Source of the DNA: Octopus bimaculoides
Lineage: Eukaryota
Direction of reading: 5' to 3'
NCBI RefSeq assembly: GCF_001194135.2
Contig: NC_068989.1
Span: 40,942,290 to 41,005,146 of the forward strand
DNA length: 62,857 nucleotides
Under the pieces are notes generated by a model. The model was not told the origin of the DNA, did no database searches, and saw only the letters and a program-made list of their open reading frames with translations. Positions 1 through 10,982 of the stretch are shown piece by piece (position 1 is the first letter of the stretch; each line of letters opens with the position of its first letter). The position numbers were made by a program, and so were the translations under genes.

Positions 1-55
<55 letters not shown>
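1..55. repeat. (TG)n microsatellite
   Basis: Pure TG run from the window start. Confidence 0.98.
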
Positions 56-57
<2 letters not shown>

Positions 58-658
58 GTGCGCGTGCGTGCGCGTGTGGATATACGCAGTTGCAACAACC
101 TTTGATTAACTCATCGGTGTAAGTGGAAGGACCTAGTGGCAACATTTTGTCTGAAAGAAAAACTTCAGAGACTTGTTTGTAAAACCGCAAGGGCTTCGCT
201 CATGACACCAGTAGCTCACGAAACAGTTTGTTTGTTTTGTTTTTTTTACATGATTTTGTCACCCTTGTGGCGGATCTCCTGGACTATCTCATCTAAATCG
301 AAAATGATTGTGCTGATATAGAAATCAGTATACAAAACCTATACTGATTTGTGCGGAAGCTAGCCGGGATAGAATTGAATTAATATATGCATTTCAAAAA
401 GCTTTAGATTAAATTACTGCTGTGTATGGTATTTATAATGTGAATGCATATGTGGAATAATACTAGTTGTACTATTTTATTTCAGAAAAACATCTGAGAT
501 ATAGTCATGTGTTAAAACCTTCTTTCAGAATATTGGTAGATCGCCAAACAGATGTTTCGATTTAATTTAGTTTTCTCAGTAACGAATTTTCTCCTATTTG
601 TTTTATCAAATATTATCAGGTTTGTTGGATTCTTTACTTGAGCATGACATTTTTATGG

Positions 659-659
<1 letters not shown>

Positions 660-735
<76 letters not shown>
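660..735. repeat. (CT)n microsatellite
   Basis: Pure CT run. Confidence 0.98.
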
Positions 736-738
<3 letters not shown>

Positions 739-900
739 ATTCCAGAACATTTATAGCTTACGCGTTGTCTTCATTTGCACTGCTAAGTGTACATTTGCAG
801 TTCTGCAGCTTCAGTCTCTCTTTAAACTTTTTTTCATTTTGTTTAATGCAGTAACGATTGTACAAGCTCGTCTCTTTACGACTTCTACAACTACTACTAC

Positions 901-909
901 TACTAATAC

Positions 910-965
<56 letters not shown>
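901..965. repeat. (TAA)n microsatellite, probably the (ATT)n 3' tail of the adjacent minus-strand SINE
   Basis: TAA run directly abuts the 3' end of the SINE family A copy at 965-1116. Confidence 0.9.
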
Positions 966-966
<1 letters not shown>

Positions 967-1116
967 GGCCTGAAATTTCGGGGAAAGGGATAGTCGATTA
1001 AATTGACACCAGTACTCAAATGGTACTTAATTTATCGACCCCGAAAGGATGAAAGGCAAAGTCGACCTCTGCGGAATTTGAACTCAGAACGTGAGACGGA
1101 AAAAATGCTGCTAAGC
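965..1116 (-). mobile_element. tRNA-derived SINE, family A (5'-truncated)
   Basis: Matches about 20 other copies in the window (gaaaggatgaaaggcaaagtcgacctc..ggaatttgaactcagaacgt); B-box-like GAGTTCAAATTCC on the minus strand. Confidence 0.85.
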
Positions 1117-2205
1117 AAAAGGGTTGTAGCAGAAAACGTGGGTGCTGATATCAAGAAAAAGAAGCATAATGGGAGTGACAAAAGAAAATATCCATGGTGG
1201 AAAAGAAGAATCCAGGCAGGGTGAGACATGCTCTCGAAGTAAATCTCTGTGTTAGACCGAAAGGAAAAGGGGGGGTGGCTTAAAAGCGAATAAAAATACA
1301 GAGCACTGAAAAAGATGTATAATATTGAGAGAAAGGGCCTGAAAGTGGCAATGGAGGAACTGAAACAGCGCTTCGTTGCAAAGAAAGCAAAGATGGTAAG
1401 ATACGATCAAAGAATGAAGGGTTACCACCAGAATAGGCTATTCAGAGTAGATCAGAAGAGATGCTATACAGAAATAAATGGAGAGTGTACAAATGAAAAG
1501 TTGATAGCAGATAACAATGAAAGTCAAAGATTTTGGCGTGACATCTCGAGCAAAGGAAAGGAGTACAAGAAGGATGTTGAATGGTTGCAAGAACTGAAAC
1601 AAACAGTAGTCTGTCCAAAACAAGCAGAACTAAAAAAAATTTCAGTTAGGGAAGTAAAGGAAATCAGCAAAGAAATAGGCAACCGAAAGGTCCCTGGACC
1701 AGATACATTTCAACGCTACTGGATCAAAAGATTTGGTGTCATGCACGAATAGCTGCTCAACTCATCACCATGTTAAATGCCGACCAATTAACACCAGAAT
1801 GGTTGACAATGGGTAGGATAATGCTTTGCTTGAAAACATCGAAAACTGCAATACGGTAGACAATTACATGCCGATATCCTGTTTGCCACTTATGTGGAAA
1901 TCATTGACTGGTATAGTCGCAGAGCCAATGTACGAACATTTGGAAAAAAATGGAGTCCTGCCACATAAGCAGAAGGTTGCAAGCGTAAGTGCAGAGGTAT
2001 CAAGGATCAACTCCTGGTAGACGAAACTGTACTTAGAGACTGCAAGAGGAGGAAAAGTAATTTAGCCATGTCATGGATCGATTATGACACGGATTATGGA
2101 ATGTATGAATAGGATCGAAGCTATCAACACATGGGCGGTTTCATTACTTAGATATGGAACAGGGGTAATAGTGTGGACAGTAGGTGAACTAAACAGCTTA
2201 GACAG
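1117..2205 (+). mobile_element. R4/Dong-like non-LTR retrotransposon fragment (pre-RT and RT N-terminal region, decayed)
   Basis: Translates to [62 protein letters not shown] and AMSWIDY, with frameshifts and a large internal deletion. These motifs are typical of R4-clade RTs. Confidence 0.8.
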
Positions 2206-2430
2206 TGTTGTGTGGAAGTAGAACACCCCTATTTGGTTGGCTCCTAATGGACTGTGCCACGATATAAATGGACATGCACAGAGAGTGTGGGGAGAGAGTT
2301 GGTGAGCTGTGTAAAGCCAAGAGTTGTATATTGTCGAGTGTAATTACAAGTATTGTGTATCAGTCGAGCGATTTGCAAGGACTTTATTTATTATCTCGTT
2401 TTATCGTTCGTCAAACGTGCGCTACGTCGG

Positions 2431-2443
2431 TGGTGATGAGGAT
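2431..2443 (+). promoter_or_regulatory. Primer-binding site (tRNA-Ser(GCU)-like, CpG-decayed)
   Basis: TGGTGATGAGGAT right after the LTR equals TGGCGACGAGGAT with two CpG>TpG changes. The tRNA assignment is from recall of metazoan tRNA-Ser(GCU) 3' ends. Confidence 0.6.
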
Positions 2444-3245
2444 TCGGACAATATTGCCACTGATACAACAGTGACGACGAGGATTCGGACAATGTCGCCA
2501 CAGATACAACAGTGGCGTCGAGGTTTCGAACAGTACCGAGGATTCGAACAATACTGTAACTGGAAATAGTACCGAAAAAGAAGCGTTATTGAAAGTAGTC
2601 GTAAAACAACATGAGCAGCAGCAGCAGCAACTACAGCAGTTAACAGAGTTGTTACTGCAGTTGAGAAATACGACAGAATCTCATTTTCAGCGGACGGTAT
2701 TGCAAACTCCATCGCAGAATTTCAGTACAAACTATATGAAGGAACTACCTTTACCACGTATTACAGACGATACGAGGACATATTCAGAGATAGAAATGCA
2801 AGGGGTGGTCTAGTAAAAGGAAGGTAAGGCTCCTTTTGCAAAAACTCGCTCCTCCTGAACACAAAAGTTTTTGCAACCTTATTTTGCCGAGAAAATTCGC
2901 GTAATTGTGTTTTGATAAAACGATAAATATTTTGAATAATATTTTTAGCGAAAAAAGTTCGCCTGTTTAACATTCGGTGAGAATGTTTAAATTTAAAGAA
3001 GAATGAGTTCGACGACTTTGTAACATGCCGGTATTGTTAATAAAGCTTGTGAAAGGTTTAAACTGGGAGGATTAATGCCAGATATGTTCAAGTGCTTAAT
3101 ATTCGTTAAAAGGCTAGTGGAAGCGGAAAACGCAGAAATTAGAAAAGGAATATTATCAAAGTTGAATCTACTAACCATGCAGAAAGTGGCTTAGGGATGC
3201 CAACAAATAATAAACCTTCTAGAAGATACAAGAAAAATAGAAGAC

Positions 3246-3287
<42 letters not shown>

Positions 3288-3292
<5 letters not shown>

Positions 3293-3470
3293 CAAATATA
3301 TATAACATACAGAAAATTGCACTACTGGGCACTGCACACATCCTACGCAAAACACTTTCAATACAGTAACCATAAGAGCATCACAGCAAACTACAGCACA
3401 TACCCAAGGCACAAAGAGCTGCGCTCGGTAGTGAAGTGAAAGCACGTTATAAAAATAAAACTACTGAACA
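3288..3470 (+). mobile_element. 3' end of an R4/Dong-like LINE inserted into Gypsy gag, flanked by (AAT)n
   Basis: Translates to YNIQKIALLGTAHILRKTLSIQ*, a typical C-terminus of REL-type R4 ORFs, then a short 3' UTR; AAT arrays on both sides. Confidence 0.75.
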
Positions 3471-3478
3471 ATAATAAC

Positions 3479-3532
<54 letters not shown>

Positions 3533-4049
3533 TATTATTATTATTATTATTATAATAATAATAATGTACAAACGTGTAAAGAAAGTATTGAAAGAAAAAA
3601 AGACAGATAAATCCCAAACCGTGCTATGGTTGCGGAGACCTGTATTTTAAGAAAGATTGCCCCTTTAAAGATAAAAAATGTTTTATGTGCGGTAAAATTG
3701 GGCATAGATAGTCAATATGATGGTTGAAGTAAAATGTAAAAAATGAGAAACCGAAGAAAGTCTACTCAACGAAAATATACCATTGAAAACCTAAAATTTG
3801 TGTTGGTAAGAATACATGGTTTTCAGACGAAAATTCAATTAGTCACCGGATCAGACATATCGATAATTAATACGGCAACATTAAGATAGGAATATATAAA
3901 CTGGGGACGATATAAACTGGGATTACCTTAGGTTTCCCGTCCATAAAGCGTTTAGCTTTATGGCGTATCATCAGATCCCAAAAACCTGTCAGCCCATGAC
4001 CTCTTAAAAATATGGAGGGAGAAATGCCTCACTACTCAAAGGTAATAAT

Positions 4050-4420
4050 TGGGGATTATCTCTCTTTGCTATTGGCTATCGACATCCGGCTGTGCCGCCA
4101 TCTTGTGGACTCCAAAAAGCGAGCAGGAACCTCTTGAAATGTAAACATGGACCGAAAATCTCCGTTCTGGAGTTAAGGATTTCTCTGAGTAGAGCTAGTC
4201 TTTTAGGATTCTCGCGCGTTCAGTTATGTATAACTTGCAATGATTCGCCCGTTAATGTAGGGGCCTGGGTTCTCGAGGATTTTCCATGAGATCGAGTATG
4301 GAATTCCATCGTCTCTTAGTTGCCAGATGTGGCTGGCCAGTTATGTTACGTATCTCATTTCCTGAAGGAGGACCTGTGGTTGGAGAGACGTTGCTTGAAT
4401 GAGTTCCCGAAACATCTAAT
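4050..4420 (-). mobile_element. Penelope-like element GIY-YIG endonuclease C-terminal fragment embedded in the CR1
   Basis: Across frameshifts: GNSFKQRLSNHRSSFR..LASHIWQLRDDGIPYSISWKILE..CKLYITERARIL..LNSRTEIFGPCLHFKRFLL, matching PLE endonuclease C-termini. Confidence 0.8.
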
Positions 4421-5277
4421 GCATGGTGGTACACTTGTCTACAGCCAGCTTGAGTTGCCAGTCCGTGATCCATTGCTGCATTGTTTCCAGGTCCGATAGC
4501 AGGAAAGATCTATAGCGTTCAAGATCTGTCTTTTTTTATCTCAAGGTAAAACTTGATGTCATCTGTATATTTAAGCACTGTGACATTCTTTAAGTTGGCA
4601 TCTATGTCATTAATGCATGCAACAAACAAAAGGGGACCAAGAAAATGTCGCTGCGGTACACCAGATAACATCTCATAAGGTGAAAAAAGCTGTCCTAGAA
4701 CTGTGACTACTTCTTTTCGGCTGAGAATGAAGGACTCCAATTAATCAAAAAGATCATCTTTCACACCCATTGCAAAGGGTTTTGCCATAAGTCTTTTGTA
4801 CGGCACAGAATTAAAAGCTTTAGCAGAGTCAAGGTAAACAACATCCACCCATGAGACGCCATCAGTGAGCCGGGTGATGTTTTCAAGGAATTCGATAAGT
4901 TGATCGCAGCAACTGCAGTTAGGGATAGATCCAAATTGCGAGAGCCGGATAAGGCGGTGAGAATTCCAGAAGTTCCACAGTGTTTCTCTGACACAAGACT
5001 CCCTCAGTTTGGCAATGCAGCTAGTAAGACTGACTGGACGATAGTTGACAAGCGACGTGCGGCCACCCTTTTTGAACAGAGGAACGACAGTGGCAGTTTT
5101 CCGCTGCTCCGGAGTAGCACCGTTGTTAAGACAGAATTGAAAGAAGAGTGAAAGCTGGTGCAGAAGAAAGTACCCACAGCGTTTGAGAAGCAGGTACGTA
5201 ACACCATCAAGACCAGAAGAGGCGTAGTTGTGTTTATTCTTAAGGTAACGTCGCAGCATTGCAGGTGCAATTTCCAT
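4421..5277 (-). pseudogene. CR1 ORF2 reverse transcriptase domain (disrupted)
   Basis: SSGLDGV, NYRPVSLTSCIAKL, QFG, VVYLDSAKAFNSV, SGVPQ..LGPLLF, KYTDDIK, WQLKLAVDKC. Confidence 0.88.
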
Positions 5278-5785
5278 AGTTGTTATAGAATTTTATATCA
5301 GATGTGCGATTTGGTTTTCAACAGATGGTGCGATTTGGTTTTCAACAGATGGTGCGATTTGGTTTTCAACAGTAAAAATGCATGCATAACATTCAACAAT
5401 GGGTTCTGCGTATTATTTGGGATCATCAGTAAACTGGCTTGTTTGGAGATTGCGAAGAGGACCAACTGGAAAGAGAGATCTCTGATTTGAATGTACATAT
5501 TTCCAGAACACTTTACCGTCACGGTTAGTTGCTATGCACCATCCAAATTCAAGCACTGCCCTTTTTGTCATCTGCTGGAAATTGTTGGATAATTTATTGG
5601 ACTTCTTACTGTTTATATCTGATTTATGCAGTTTGTATTCCCGTTCAGCATTACGACGTTATTTCCTGATAAGTCTGAGTGCTGCGGTCTCCCAAATTGC
5701 ACTTTGGAGATGTTTTTGTGCTTACGTGGTACTGATGCTGCACATGCCGTCCATATTGAGTTCAGGATGTTCTGAAGTATAGTGT

Positions 5786-6328
5786 TCACATCTCCAGAGT
5801 CGTAAAATTCCACCCAGTTTGGATGTTGTAGTTCGGTGTAGTAAGAGTTCCAGTCAAAGCGAGCAGTCTAGAGATGGTTGTAGATTTTGTTATTCCCCAT
5901 AAGGGACAAATTATATAAAATATATAAGCGGCTGTTTTCCTGGCGGCAGTTCTGAGAATATCACAAAGTTGTGTGTCCTGATGGTAATTTGTTGGGCGGT
6001 AAACTACTCCAAGTAGATATGTTGACATGGTCATACGTATATTACAGAAAAATGCTTCTTGTGATTGGTTCAAATCAACGCAAGGAATTGCTGAAAAGAT
6101 TGAACGAGCGTAGACCATCACATCACCACTACAACAATTAATGAGTTCTTTGCGAAACAAGTTGTAGCCAGCTATGCTGAAAACCCCATCACAGAGTATA
6201 GAATGTACCCATGTTTCAATGACTGTAATGAAATTGGGGTCGATACTTTTAACATAAGAATCAAAAAGATGTATCTTGTTGCACAAACTACGACCATTTA
6301 AGGACAACAATTTGTAACTTGATTTCAT
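5786..6328 (-). pseudogene. CR1 ORF2 APE endonuclease domain (disrupted)
   Basis: LNGRSLCNK, ITVIETW, GYNLFRK, GDVMVY, GVVYRP. Confidence 0.85.
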
Positions 6329-6399
6329 TTTATGATGTGTAGGTGATTCCGGGTTGTTCTGATTTAGTTTCCCACAGTTTTTTGTGGGTACAATGTGTT

Positions 6400-7555
6400 C
6401 AGACCAGTTGGTATCTCTTTTCCATGTTTCACCAGCCTTAATAAACTTCCATGTCTGCCCATCATCACGTAGACTGAAGCTTTCATGTTGTACTGAGTTG
6501 CGAGTTAAGGAAGTTGCAGCACGTAGCTCTGGACGTACATCAGGTGGTAGACCAGGGCGTGTTCTAAAGGTAATCCTATTTTCACGCCTAGCTTTATTAG
6601 AGGCTAAAAAGTATGAACATGCCTCAGTAGAATTTGCAAAAGACAGCCTGATTAGTCTGATTAGCCTGGTCGACCAAGGCGGAGAGCACCCTAAGGGAGA
6701 GCACAGCCTAGGCTCTTGGATGAGCTGGCAGCAAATGTCAGAAGGTCATCTATGTCCTCTGATACAACAATGGCAATTACTTCGTAGTTGATAGATTCAG
6801 TGGCTTTCTCGATGCATCTAGATTCGACAAGACCTACGAGGAGATTTTTTAGCATAGCACTCCCTCATAATGGGGTTTCTACACGAACGCACGATCTGAT
6901 TTCTGCTATTTCTCGGCTTAAAGTAGATATCATTTGTCGTATTTCCGCAGTCGATTTTTGTTGTTGCTGTTGCTACTGCAGTTGTTGTTGTGGTTGTTGT
7001 TGTTCTTGTTGTTGTTGTTGTGGTTGTTGTTATTCTTGTTGTTGTTGTTGTTCTTGTCGTTTATGATGATATTCTTCAATAGGAATAGTAGGAGAATACA
7101 CAGTCGTCGGTTGTTGTTGTTGAAAGGTAACGGGAGAGAAAAAGACATGGGTTGCTGTTGTTGATAATGTTCTTCTACAGAAGTGGTAGCGAAATCCACG
7201 GTGTTAGGTTTTTGCCGTTGAATGGTAAAGGGAGACACGGTAGTCGGTTTTTGTTGCTGTTGTTCAACAGCCATGGTAGAAGCAAACACACAGACCAGAC
7301 ACTGAAAGCACCAATTTGGTAGATAGACCATTTCCCACTGTCGATCTATCATAGAAATATGGTGTCTCTTTTTTGACCTGGGATATTTCGAAAGTTTGTG
7401 GCACATTGAAAGCAGACAGAAACATGACATTTACTACATTCAACCTATCGGTTTCGGAAGGAGTTCTCGGGTTTTGTGCATAGATGGCAGACGTGATTTT
7501 CTGGGCAATGTTACATTTTGGAATATCGACCAGTTTTATCACACATTTCATTCAT
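6400..7555 (-). pseudogene. CR1 ORF1: PHD-finger-like N-terminus, polyQ-rich linker, basic C-terminus (disrupted)
   Basis: CHLC..VECSKC..VCFQC..NWCFQCLVC across one frameshift (about 7280-7490); CAA/CAG-rich tract at about 6955-7275; RLIRLSF..RPGLPPDVR near 6540-6670. Confidence 0.65.
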
Positions 7556-8257
7556 AGCAATTTTGTTCTGTCGGTCCATCCGTACAGTAGAGCAAGATGT
7601 AAACAAATAGTTATGCTGCGTAAATTTAGCGCAGTTATTAACGAGATAAATAATTTTTTTTCTGCTTTCTGCTTTGTTTCTGTTTTCCTAAGTATGTATT
7701 TGTGTATACAAAAAGATCTGCACACGTATATGTAATTAAAATGTGTATGTGGGTTAGAAATGGAATGTTTTTATAATGTACGTTACGGTGTCTCTCATGC
7801 GAAATATTGTGATTTCTTTTCACTTTGTGCGTGTATGCATGTGTGATATGTATCTCCATATTATAAATCTGTGTGTATATTGTAGCTTAAACAATTTAGT
7901 GTGTACTTACTGTGATCACTACGGGGTGTAGTGATTTATTCTTTAAAGGTTTTTTTTTCCTCCACTCTTGTCTGCACGTGGTTTGTTGGCAAAATCAGAT
8001 TTACTACGTTAAAGTGATGTTATGTTGAGACTGGTTCTAATAGTCAGGGATTAGTGAAAGTGTTCACAATAATGAATGTTGTAATCCATCTGAGATGTGT
8101 TAAGAGGGCAGTTTTCAGTGATAATATTATATTTAGATAGGATAGCCGTTCCTTGCGTCTATTTTTTTTTTTTTTTTTTTTTTTTGTTTTTTGCTTGCTT
8201 GTTTGATTTGACTGTTTTGCTTTTAAAGAATTATTTGGCACATTAACGCGTGTCCCG

Positions 8258-8915
8258 CTTTACGCTGCTGCATCATATTCTTTACACTGATACGCAATCA
8301 CCCTAGCACTAACACTGTAATCCTTTGCATTAAAACAATGCGTTCTTTGCGCTACCACGCTGTATCCTTAGCGCCAACTCGTTGTATCCTTTGCGCAAGC
8401 ACTCTATATCTCTTACGATAACACTATATCTTTTTCGCTAACACGCTGTATCCTTTACGTTATCAGTCTATATTTTTGCACGCTAGCACAATGAATTCTC
8501 TTTAACATTATATCCTTTATGCTATCACATTATATTCTTTACGCTGACACATACATCCTTCATACAAACACATTTCCCTTACACTAGCATACTGTATCCT
8601 TTAAGCTGTATCATTTACGTTAAAATGTAGCTTTAAGCTAACACGCTCTATCATTTAAGTTAAGATTCTGTAACTTTTAAACTAACATGTTGCATCCTTT
8701 AAGTTAACATGTTGTGTCTCCATTATGCTAGCAAGTATCATTTTTTACGATTGCACACGTTACGCTTTACAATAATACGCTGAATTGTATCATTTACACT
8801 AACATTGATTCCTTAACCATAACACGTTATACTCTTTATCCGAACGCACATCACTCTTTACAGTCACACGACGTATCCTTCATGCTAACATACTATATCA
8901 TTTATTCTAACACCA
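8258..8915. repeat. Degenerate minisatellite, about 22-bp unit (consensus near ctaacacgctgtatcctttacg)
   Basis: Recurring ctaacac..tgtatccttta variants through the whole interval. Confidence 0.75.
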
Positions 8916-9206
8916 TCTCAAGTACGCAGGCAACATATTTTAAAGAGTTTGGCCGATAATACGAAATGTAGACTTCTTGAATCTACATCTTCCAATGATA
9001 AATGTAAAATTTCAATATATCAATATAATTATTCAGATTTTAGCTCTAGTCCAGGAGATTCGCTTTTTACCTTTTAGGGATAAATATGTAGACTAAATTT
9101 CGGAATAATTTGGCTACAATAGTGAACTTTGTGTCAGAACCTCCACGTATATAAAGGGGGAAATAGTTTCTGCAGATTTTCTAATAGTTGCTAACAATCA
9201 TAAATA

Positions 9207-10292
9207 TCAGGTCATCCCATAAGTTCTGGCCGATTTTACCTTTTTTAAATTGAATGAAATTTAATAGTATTTTAGAATGTCTAATAGAATTAAAAATTAT
9301 TTTTATGCATTTGTGTACATTTAAACTAATTAAATATTATTTTACAGAATAATAGAGTTAAAATTTCTTTGGTTAAAACCCTTTCTTACATGGAAGTATC
9401 CAAAGAGNNNNNNNNNNNNNNNNNNNNNNNNNNNNNNNNNNNACTTGAAGAAAATCCTCCATTATCAGTTGAAGAATTGGCAATAAAGCTTAGTTCAAAC
9501 CATACAACTGTTCATTGTCATCTTCAACAACTTGGAAAGATTCCTAAACTTGGAAAATGGGTGCCTCATGAATTGTCCGAAAGCAACCGCAAATCCCGAG
9601 TTAACATCTGCTCTTCTCTCCATTCTCGCAAACTCATTTCACCCTGTTTGGATAGACTTGTGACTGGTGACGAAAACTGGATCCTCTATCGAAATATTAA
9701 AGTGGCTTGGTAAAAGGGAAAAAGCTCAACCACAATTGAGAAGGGAACTTCATGGAAAAAAGATTTTTCTCTCTAGCTGGTAGGATTGCAAAGGAGTAAT
9801 TCACTTTGAATTGTTACCACCTAATGCAACAATGAATGCTCAAGTCTACTGTCAGCAATTAGAGTGTTTGAACCAAACTTTGAAAAAAAAAAGATCCACT
9901 TAATGAATCGAAAAGGAGTGATGTTTCATCAGGACAATGTGCGACCCCACACTGCAAAGATCACATCACAGAAGATCGAAGAGCTTGGTTGGGAAAAAAT
10001 TCCTCATCCACCTTATTCTCCCGACCTTGCTCCTTCCGACTACCATTTGTTTCGTAGTTTACAGAATCTTTTCGGGGAGATAACTTTCGCAAGCCAGGTG
10101 GAGGTCGAAACTGGCATTCCAGAGTTCTTTGCTTTGAAACCATTGATGGGATGAAAACGCTTGTAAATAGATGGAAGGAAGTCATAGATGATCAGGGAAA
10201 GTGCATTGATGATTAAAATTTCAATTAAATATAACATTTGATCACTTGTTTTCGTTATTCAAAATTCGGACAGAGCTTATGAGATGACCTGA
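9207..10292 (+). mobile_element. Mariner (DD34D) transposon with both TIRs, decayed
   Basis: TA-flanked TIRs tcaggtcatcccataagttctggccga and its near-reverse complement. Motifs WVPHEL, VTGDENW, HQDNVRPH and HPPYSPDLAPSDYHLF, with 34 residues between D2 and D3. Contains a gap and frameshifts. Confidence 0.93.
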
Positions 10293-10332
10293 TATAACTC
10301 TTCTATCAACAGCTTCAATAAATTCTATAAGT

Positions 10333-10537
10333 AAAGGCAGAATCGTTTGCACGCCGGGATAAAATTCTTGACGGCATTTCATCCGTTTTTACGTTTTAAG
10401 TTCAAATTTCGCCGAGGTCGGCTTTACCTTTCATTCTTTCGGGTCGATAAAATGAATACCAGTTGTGCACTTGAGTCAATATACTCGACTTACCTCTTCC
10501 CTAAAATTACTGGCCCTGTGCCAACATTTGAAATCAA
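10333..10537 (+). mobile_element. SINE family A
   Basis: ggcagaatcgtt..aagttcaaatttcgccgaggtcggcttt..ggccctgtgcc. Confidence 0.8.
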
Positions 10538-10934
10538 TAATTTCTGTAAGTCAGCACAACGTGTACAACTTCAAATCGGTCATATCGTAACTCTTCTAAT
10601 TGTTAAGTTGGTAGCAGCCATCAAAACTGAACCCTGAAGGATATGAGAAGTCGTGGCTTCTTAGTAGCAGAAAACATGCTGATGAATCGATAACCAGAAA
10701 GAAGATATCACAGTGAAAATAGACACCATGTATCATTATGGAACATTTTGTGGCGTAAAATGGGTGCCTAATTCATTTGATTCATTTTTTCATTGAAAAC
10801 ATAAGTTACAAGTGGATATTGGCTGTTCAATGAATATATATACATGTATTCTACATATAGCTAGACTTAGAAAGTTGTAAACTCTACTCTTTCATGATTG
10901 TGAGAGGCAGGTTATCGTGGCGAAAAGGGTCTGG

Positions 10935-10982
<48 letters not shown>

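Larger units (their letters stand above)
2206..3890 (+). mobile_element. Ty3/Gypsy LTR retrotransposon 5' part (5' LTR, PBS, gag, protease), decayed
   Basis: TG-starting LTR-like segment with TATAAA (about 2206-2428), then a PBS-like motif. Gag-like text QQQQLQQLTELL..RRYEDIF..KVRLLLQKL..FKCLIFV; zinc knuckles CYGCGDLYFKKDC and CFMCGKIGH (about 3620-3705); protease-like IQLVTGSDISII (about 3830-3870). Confidence 0.8.
3895..7600 (-). mobile_element. CR1/L2-group LINE, near full length but decayed (ORF1 plus APE-RT ORF2)
   Basis: In order on the minus strand: PHD-like ORF1, APE endonuclease, RT and a C-terminal RGH-like tail. Many stops and frameshifts. Confidence 0.88.

Noticed and set aside
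638-973. Low-complexity ORFs such as poly-SL/N here and poly-CV, TH or YI ORFs elsewhere
   Set aside because: Translations of microsatellites.
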